Positions 56,701 to 64,000 of a stretch of 64,000 bases of DNA are shown one piece after another. Each line of letters opens with the position of its first letter. The stretch's first letter is position 1. The notes beneath the pieces are model-generated. The model saw only the letters and a program-made list of their open reading frames with translations, ran no database searches and had not been told where the DNA came from. Source of the DNA: Oopsacas minuta (lineage: Eukaryota; Animalia; Porifera); assembly GCA_024704765.1 (NCBI GenBank), contig JAKMXF010000221.1, positions 496,001-560,000 of the forward strand. The letters run 5' to 3'. The position numbers and the translations under genes are program-made.

Positions 56701-59700
56701 ATTTTATAGGAGGAAAATGTCACAGGCTCAGGGAAAGATCTCCAAACTATTCGCGAAGAAACATAAAAGTGTAGGGGCTCTTGACAGTCCCATAATGTCA
56801 AGAGGGCCTCTAGGAAGACAGGAGAACAGACCAAAGGTCAAAGAGGTCCTGGTGACGTACAGCACCGAGGAGAACTTGTTCCGCATTCTAAAACCGAGAC
56901 TAGAAGCTGAGCTATGTAAACAGAGTTTCGTTGACGACCAATACAAAGACGGGAATGTATCACTTCTGCAGTGTAAAATAAAGTTTGAAAAATTCGCGCC
57001 GGAGACTTATGAGAAGTTCGACACGAGTTTTTTCAATCACAACAAGTTCCTATTCGGGACCCCACTCATTCATCTTTTCTTCACATCTTCTAACGAGATC
57101 TCCTGGTATAACCGAAGTACTAAGAATGACATCAAGACATGGCTCATGGCTCTTGAACAATTCGGTTACGACAACTGGATTCTTGTTCACGTGACACAAC
57201 ACGCTTCGACACTACGTAAGAATGCATTAAGCAATATAAACAATGTAATAAACACGATAAAGGAGGACATCGCTTCAACTAGTCCGAGTTCTGCTAAGAA
57301 GTTCTATCAATTAACTCTTCCTGAAAAAGGTGATCAAGCCACGGAGAAGCACTACGACGGGTTTATCACATTCCTTTTCACCACTATGAAGAAATATTTC
57401 ATCTCACAGACAGATAGATACGAGACACTTCTCTCCATGACCCGTGAGGACCAGGACAAACCTCTTTGGAACTTTTTCCATTACTTCCTAATGCAGGAAC
57501 AACTGTGCTTCGCCTATGAGCATATGGGTATGTACCAAGCTGCCCTCCTAGCGTATGATGAGATAGACGCGATGCTGCATTACTTAATAATCAAAATGTC
57601 GATGAACAAAATGAAGAAATCAAGATGGTTTGAAACGCTGCAACATTGTTGTCAAGAAGTGCTTCTGGATTATCCACATATTACTCTGTCACTCGACCAG
57701 AGTCACGATCCTTCTTTAGAGAATAAGACATGTAGTTTGTTCAAGCTCCGTTCTGTAATATTCGAGAGACAAGCGACACTCCTGTTTATCTTGGGGCAGG
57801 CATGGGATGTTGGACAGCGGGCCCTTAAGCTACTTAAAGATCTGAGTGAAGAGAGCTCCTCCATGCAACTTCCAATTCCGACCGGTGCCCTTGACGCCTG
57901 GAGTTACTTAATGTGTAAAAACGTGTTGGATGTTATACTAGATCAGCTCAGCAACAATCCGCTGAATCCTCTCAAACAATTCGCGATAGAATTGACCCCT
58001 GATAGACCCGGACCGGACACTCTAGGCCCCTCCCAATGGGTCGTACGGGCACAACTCTGGCACCTACAACTTAACAAACTACACTCTCTAGGACAGATAT
58101 CCGGATTCATTTCTAGCAAGGTAGGGACCGCGGCGGTTATGGATGATTACTCGACAGAGACTGAGACTTTGAAAGAACTTTGGGGCTCCATGTCCTCAAA
58201 CGATCCATCTAGCAGTGCTTTAGACCTCCTTAACGTTCTGTCATCACGTCAGACATTCAATAGAGCATATGTAGAGCTAGCGGAACAGCTGATCGGCGCG
58301 TTAAAACACGCGGGCAGGAAAAGAATGGCAATGCATGCGAGTATGAATTTCGCAAAGTTTCTTCTAGCCAAGAAAGATCTCGCTAAGGCACAGGACGTTC
58401 TAACGGAAGCATGTAAGTTGTACTACTCCGACAAATGGCCTGTACTTCGTCTGAACTCCCTCTCACTCCTGGCTGCTTCACAAGACAGCAAAGACAATCC
58501 ACCCCACGAATACCTAACAACATGTCTGTTGCTAGCTTGCACACTGCCCATTCTTAACTCACATTCTCAAGAAAGGTTCTTCCATTGCTTCAAGGATCGT
58601 ATCGATTCGATAGCAAAGGAGAGCCAGCAAGAAATAATTCCGATACAATTCTCCCTCCTTTTCACAGTTAACTGTATATCATATGCTAAATCAGAATGGG
58701 AGGCGGGTGACGTCATCACGTTAACACTCTCATTAACAAATAAAGCTCCAGCTGATATACTCATCGATAGTATAAAGCTAGCTTATCAAGGGAAAGAGAC
58801 TCTTTTGTCTCCCATAGCTAACATCCCCGGGTATTGGACACGTTTGTATAGCTATACCTCCCTCGATGAGATCCCAAAAGACACGAGACTAGGGGAGAGG
58901 TCTAGGTCAAGGAGGAAGATAAGTAAGACATACTCTCAAGATAGTTCGAATTTTGATTTTTATTTCACAGCGAAAAAGGTGACCCTTGTTCCTGGGGAAA
59001 ATAATCTGGTACTCTCAACTAAATGTAGGATAGCAGGGACTTATCATCCAGACGATCTGATCATAGAATTCTCTTCTGTCCAATTCAGACACTCCACAGA
59101 CCCCAGACCAAGCGGCAGCTTTCCTACCGAAGAGATTGAAGTGGTCCCTTCGGAGGCGAAGTTAGCACTATCAGTGGATTGTCCTGGAGGATTCCTGCTA
59201 GCGGGAAAGCCGTCAGAAGTAACGCTAAACATATTCAACGAGGGTAAGACGATAATATTATGTGGATCTACCATCACACTATCCAGCAGTCAATTGCTTA
59301 TACTAGATGTTCTAAGTGGTGAGTACAATCGTGAAGGAGAATGCTATCAAATAACTCTACCAGATATAAAAGTTAAAGCTGTATACCAAGTAAGACTGCA
59401 GGTATGTAGAGATTTGACACCTAATTATGTCCCCACTCTAGCTAGACATTGAAAAGTTCACCTGTATAAATAGATGGACATTTAACCGAAGCCAGACACA
59501 ACAAATAAGTAAACAATAATATAAACAATTAGGTGAGATGTGATCCAGAAGCTCTGAAACCTGAAAACATATTAGCAGAGTCTAAAATGCATTCTTCTAT
59601 CTCAGAGGGGGATAACACGATGATAAGACGTGTTCCAATAGACGTAGAACTCCCTAAAGACAGCCTATACACTCTAAACTCATCTCCAGGAGACGACACA

Positions 59701-62333
59701 TCTTGTGGTTGTGTCCTACAATTAACTGCCACTTGTAATTGGGTGAATAAGAAAGCTCATCACAACTACGGAGCTGTAATCCCTCTTGCTTTCTATTTAC
59801 CATTCAAATGTAAATACGATCTATTCAGTTCAGGCGATGTTTCATTTGTTAAACTAACCTTACAGTCAACTACACCCCTTCCTATTCTTCTACGTGATAT
59901 GAAAGTTAAACAGACCTCTGTACTGAAGTCACTGATGACATGCGACCAATTAGAGTCCCTACTGCACCCAGGGGACGTGATGACACTCCTGTATCAGGTA
60001 TAATTTTGACCAACGATTTCTAACGAATTTGTTGCTAAGATACGTCAATGGAATGTGTTATATAGGTAGATAAGGAATTCAACCCGGTGTTGAGTCAGAT
60101 ATGTCAGCTGTTGATTCAATACTCACTCGTTGGACAGGAGGAGACCATATTAGAGCATTCATTCCGTTTCAAGCTACATGATATACAGAGCATGTTCATA
60201 TTGACTTCACAAATTGAAGTAAGTGAGTCTCCTCTAATTGTCCACTTGGACACCTTTCACCCCGTTAGGTGGACAAATAGAAAGCCAAATGGGGTCGTAG
60301 GGGACATAAACAAGCCCATGGTATTCTCCATGGGCTCCGATAAAGTCAGTGATAAAATCGACACAATTATCCACGGTATATAGGCACACAAATAGTGTAA
60401 TCTGATTGGCTTACAGCAGCTGTAATTCTGTAGCTATCTGATGCTGTATTGAAGAAGGACCAGGAATGCAAACTCTCAATTAACATTAAAAATATACGAG
60501 ACCTCCCCAGACAGTGGCAAGCCCCCATGGACGATATCGTGGTGGTGGAGTACGAATTGAGGTGTGAAAATGGTAACTGGGAGCTGGGGGAGGAGATACA
60601 TGGGTCTCTTAGACTACAACCGATGAAGAACGCATCAGAGGATCTAAAATTTCGGATCCGTCCCCTCACCCATGGGCAACTCCCCCTCCCTAATTTGTTC
60701 CTAACCCTCAAATCATACACCTGGAATAATACTAGCAGTTACATAACAGCTCAGTTCTCTGACACATCCTCTCCGGCTGATGTACCATACACGATGATAC
60801 CACTAACAAGTGTACAGGTGTATAATTCTACTGCATCCATGGTTGTACCTATACATTCTGACAACTAGCAACTTGGATTTTATGGATAATATTATTTTGA
60901 TTTTAACGGTATTTTTACTATTAGAGAAAATTGAATATACGGGGAACTTCTGGAAACGGAGTGAAAATGAATAGAGAAAATTGCTACAAATGAACTTCGG
61001 ACAAGGTAGCGTTTTCCGGTGTCCCAGACCCTGTTTGTGGAGATTACACTGCACTAACCCCATACTACAAGCCGTATAACATGAATACAGTCAACTCCCG
61101 TGATATCGAACACATGGATGTATCGAGTATCCGCTTATATTGAGGTGTGAAATTGTACAAATATGGTCCCAAACCGTCAAAGTAACAAATATTCCATTGG
61201 TCATATCTGTGTAATTATCACGGTCCCTTGAGCTTTGATGTAACAGGAGTAAACTGTAATTATTATAAATTACACAGATGGGCATTTGTATTAGAATTCG
61301 AATCATATTCCAAAAGTGGTGAGGTTCGTGGTTTGTGGTTATAGATATGATAATGGTTGATGATTTAACATTTTCAGAGATCTCCGTTCTCGATAACACT
61401 AATGTATAATGTATTACAACATTCCATTCAACCATAACTATATCTTTGAATGAATTGCACTTCTACAAGTGCCCAGTATATTAATTTGGAATTTATGGCA
61501 CAAAAGCTTTACTGAAAAAATTGGCTGAAAAATCAAATTTTGTAATCTTTTCTAACCAAAATTTGATATTGTCCGTCTCCATTTCTCAGTAACAACTTGA
61601 TTTGGAAGCAGAACTGTCTAATTACAGCAATTTTACACTGAAAATTAATATACAAAAGGTGTTAAAAGTAATTAAATACGTAGCTCTAGCTTGTTAATAA
61701 AATGACGAGACAGAAATTGTTCAGATTAGAAATCGGAACCTGTTTGATATTATTAACCCAAAAAAGTGGAAAATATATCATAATTAAGTGTCAAATTGGT
61801 TTTGAAAGCATTTCTTCATAGCAACGGTATAGTATTCTTCATAGCAACGGTATAGTATTCTTGGTATGTGTAATAGTTTATTAATAAAATAATTTTCAGT
61901 AGAAATAACAAACAGGAAATATTAAAATATTTCCTTTAAGATTTCCTCGTTTGAAGAGATTATTTCTAAGATCAGTGTTGGAGGGGACTACTGTTTCTAA
62001 CTAGGGGGTACACGGGTAGTATTGTGGCCCATCGCGTTCACAGGCACGGACCATTGGTCCAAAAATATTAGGAACATTTTAACAACTTCACCCCGTAGCT
62101 TAATGGTCGGAAAATGATAGAAATTGATTGGCTAAAATTGACCAATAGAATATCACCCGACACATAATTAGTAAACCCTCAAATCTGATTGGTCTAGAAC
62201 ATTTAATTGTAACTAACTGATCGGGGGCTTTGTAGTGAAGGAAATCTTTTGAAGGATGTGGACTGTTCCTCTTCTCCTGCACAGATCGTGACGCCACGGC
62301 AGGACTAGCTGATCCCTCTACTGATATCGGCAT
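53783..62333 (-). CDS. Uncharacterised 314-aa basic low-complexity protein; hosts GDA (intron 54483-55971) and probably TRAPPC10 (intron 56604-62217)
   Basis: Exons 62333-62218, 56603-56339, 56074-55972, 54482-54270, 54030-53783 give one frame (phases 2,0,1,1): MPISVEG...HYKAPDQ|YNQSNRDRFQ...RSA|SGTRE...SKR|ANQYKKLV...SK|AKKE...HYAIFPDWPSEKDSKK. The last four exons are well supported; the first join is less certain. Confidence 0.65.
54588..55925 (+). CDS. GDA: Guanine deaminase, intronless, nested antisense
   Basis: PGFIDTHIHAPQY, TPRFA, QTHISEN, LAHAIYL, HCPVSN, GLGTDVSGG, FEEGKEFDALLV, GDDRNILEVFV. Confidence 0.95.
   Translation: MQQVCSRVTRVFVGTLIHAPCLGEVIISQSILGIDPQGKILFIRPYNQLEAVKGEFEFKDTSIVQLSPSQFLIPGFIDTHIHAPQYPNTGLGLDKPLLEWLSAYTFPLEARFSDPNYARGVYNDVIRDTLRHGTTTACYFTSVHVEAAKVMCDLIHKWGQRGLVGKTCMDCNSPPSLSQTLETNIQGSKQLIAHISQLGSSLLSPVLTPRFALTCSEECMRALGVLAREGHYHIQTHISENKREVERAHELYPTADSYTHVYQECGLLTDKTILAHAIYLTDQELGICKEERVGIAHCPVSNFALKSGVFDSRRILERDIKLGLGTDVSGGYTVSMLEVMRQTLIASTCISFQTQDPAYRPLDYREAFHLATLGGARVLGLEDKVGSFEEGKEFDALLVDVNSLRSQIRADPGLSVSEKFQKFFFNGDDRNILEVFVSGRRVETQ
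56717..60868 (+). CDS. TRAPPC10: Trafficking protein particle complex subunit 10 (TRS130/TMEM1)
   Basis: Exons 56717-59401, 59533-59997, 60066-60218, 60434-60868 in phase (1245 aa). PLIHLFFT, WNFFHYFLMQEQLCFAYEHMG..AALLAYDEIDA, AGRKRMA, YYSDKW, IRPLTHGQLPLP. The exon-3 donor has alternatives (60345). Confidence 0.88.
61086..61258. mobile_element. MITE family A, full length
   Basis: TACAGTCAACTCCCGTGATATCGAA ... TTTGATGTAACAGGAGTAAACTGTA. Confidence 0.8.
61812..61862. repeat. 23-bp tandem duplication
   Basis: TTCTTCATAGCAACGGTATAGTA twice plus a partial third. Confidence 0.9.
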
Positions 62334-62994
62334 TTGGCTAATAAATAATAAACAAACATAAGTTGTTACAAACAAGATAATAAATATTCGAGCAATATTT
62401 CAATCAAATGATCAAGAAAACACGACACAATGTATGCACGGTTTATATCGCGTTCATGTTACAGGACGCTCTCCACTGTGGAAACTATGTAACGTTTTCA
62501 TTTCCAATTTGAACACGCATTGAAGGGGAAATTGGTGTAAACGAAAAGCAAGACACATATGTAGGTGTCACAAATATTCAGGAAATAGCGCCACATTACT
62601 AACACCCGGAAAAGTGTCAGGTGACTAGATTAAAAATGGATACCTTAAACATATAACAGAATTTGTTATTGAGATACAGTTTAATGACAATCACGCAAGC
62701 ATCGTAATTATAACACCAAAATGTGTAATTGGAAAACACTTCTTAATTATAATTCATAACTATTAATAAACTGAAAATAGTCATTAACACCTAGAGAATT
62801 ATGGAAAATTATATCAGACAATAGTTACAATTAGTTTTCTATCTGTCTCTAGCTTATAAGTGTTAATGTGTACAAATACAGTCAGAGTGCTAATTAAAGA
62901 CAGTAATGGTATCGTAATGTTCTGAAACTCATGGGTGACAGGGTCCAGAACTTCCTGAGATGTCACCAAATTTAATGACGTCATAGAATACGCC

Positions 62995-63575
62995 TCTCTA
63001 TAGATATAACAAAGCGTATGTGTGTGTCCACGCGTTTTCTCAGAGATGCCTGTGCCGATTCAAACCAAATTTTGTGTGTCAACTAAGTAGTACCCAACAG
63101 GCTTGGACCGGGTCATGATATCCTGACCCGGTGACCCGGTTATCAAAACATTAATTTTCTATATTACATTATCTATGTACGTACATAAGAGTATATATGT
63201 ATATAAGTATACGGTAGTAATGATACCAAACAAGTTTAGTAAAAATACTAATGATTCATGAAAATGAAACGTGTAACTAATATTGACCGAATCTTTATGA
63301 TTTACAAACCGTTATAATTTAATTATCCATAAAGATATAAACCGGGTCAAGTCAAAATCAGTGACCCGGTTCAGACCCGGAAATTTATTGAAAATAGTGA
63401 CCCGGTTTATTCGTGACCCGGCCCAAGCCTGGTACCCAACCACTCCAATTCAGAAGTATTTTTCGAATCGAACCATGTTTGGACAAGATATGTGAATTTT
63501 TCACACCTCGCCCATATAAATCAATGCATTTTGGTGGAATCTGATTGGTCCACGTTGGCCAATCAGATTCCAACC
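62995..63575 (+). mobile_element. Helitron/Helentron-like non-autonomous element interrupted by a hAT MITE
   Basis: 5' CTCTATAGATATAACAAAGCGTATGTGTGTGTCC...CCGATTCAAACCAAATTTTG; 3' hairpin GGAATCTGATTGG-N-CCAATCAGATTCC at about 63537-63571. A related CCAATCAGATTTGAGGGTTTA motif recurs at about 1346, 26996, 56290 and 62172 (inverted). Confidence 0.45.
63098..63431. mobile_element. hAT-type MITE with perfect 8-bp TSD
   Basis: TIR CAGGCTTGGACCGGGTCA ... TGACCCGGCCCAAGCCTG; multiple subterminal GACCCGG repeats; GTACCCAA at 63090-63097 and 63432-63439. Confidence 0.9.
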
Positions 63576-64000
63576 TTCGTATAATATAAAAGGAATTCCT
63601 GAGATGGCGCTTGCTTGTACGATTGCCGGTGGTTAGTTACCAACATGACACTTAGATATTTCGTAATTCCCAAAACTAATATTCGAATTTTTAAAGTATT
63701 CCCTGCAAGTTTTGGCGGACTACAGAGTCACTGAATTTAATTACGTCATTGAATACTCAATTAATTAGAAGTAACACCTCTTAATTAGAATTATAAGACA
63801 CTTAGACTACTCAAACAAGAACTGAACTATACTTAGATCAATTAGAGACAATATGGTTACTATTTTACCAGTAATAGCTCTATTATAATAATAAATGAGT
63901 AAATTCAAACAATGGAAGAGCGACACTTGTCTGACACTCCTTGTGCGCCACATCATGCCACTTAAGAGCCACATTTGCCAGTCAAGAATACATAGAAAAT

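Noticed and set aside
61260-61800. Possible decayed ORF in the host intron
   Set aside because: Short open stretches only, AT-rich, no recognisable similarity.
62090-62160. tRNA-like start CCCCGTAGCTTAATGGTC
   Set aside because: No T-arm GTTCRA/B-box and no complementary acceptor stem. No convincing tRNA, rRNA or snRNA gene was seen anywhere in the window.
174-63573. Numerous 60-150 aa ORFs antisense to or overlapping the called genes
   Set aside because: Shadow frames of real CDSs or frames through MITEs; no motifs and mostly non-ATG starts.

Overview
Gene-dense, AT-rich eukaryotic (animal) DNA with mostly short GT-AG introns of about 45-350 nt and no prokaryotic features. Compactness, many intronless housekeeping genes and a coiled-coil/NHL gene suggest a compact-genome sponge such as a hexactinellid (inference only). 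I reconstruct about 26 protein-coding loci by hand, plus one alpha-kinase pseudogene and several MITE/Helitron-like repeat families. The main result is architectural: after joining exons in phase, all seven introns longer than about 400 nt contain another ORF or gene. CFAP45 lies in MTMR14 intron 1, and an orphan 240-aa ORF lies in CFAP45 intron 4 (three levels). PP4R3/SMEK lies on the SAME strand in intron 2 of a PDZ-PDZ-Roc-like gene. CIMAP1/ODF3 lies in an intron that splits the BTB domain of a WH2-ankyrin-BTB gene. TRNT1 lies in an intron of an unnamed 1385-aa gene. GDA and probably TRAPPC10 lie in two introns of an unnamed 314-aa gene. An eighth case (ADAP inside ABCB1) is suspected at the left edge. 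Several host introns leave only 46-110 nt beside the guest ORF, so guest promoters/UTRs probably overlap host exons. All splice models are manual, without RNA evidence or database searches.
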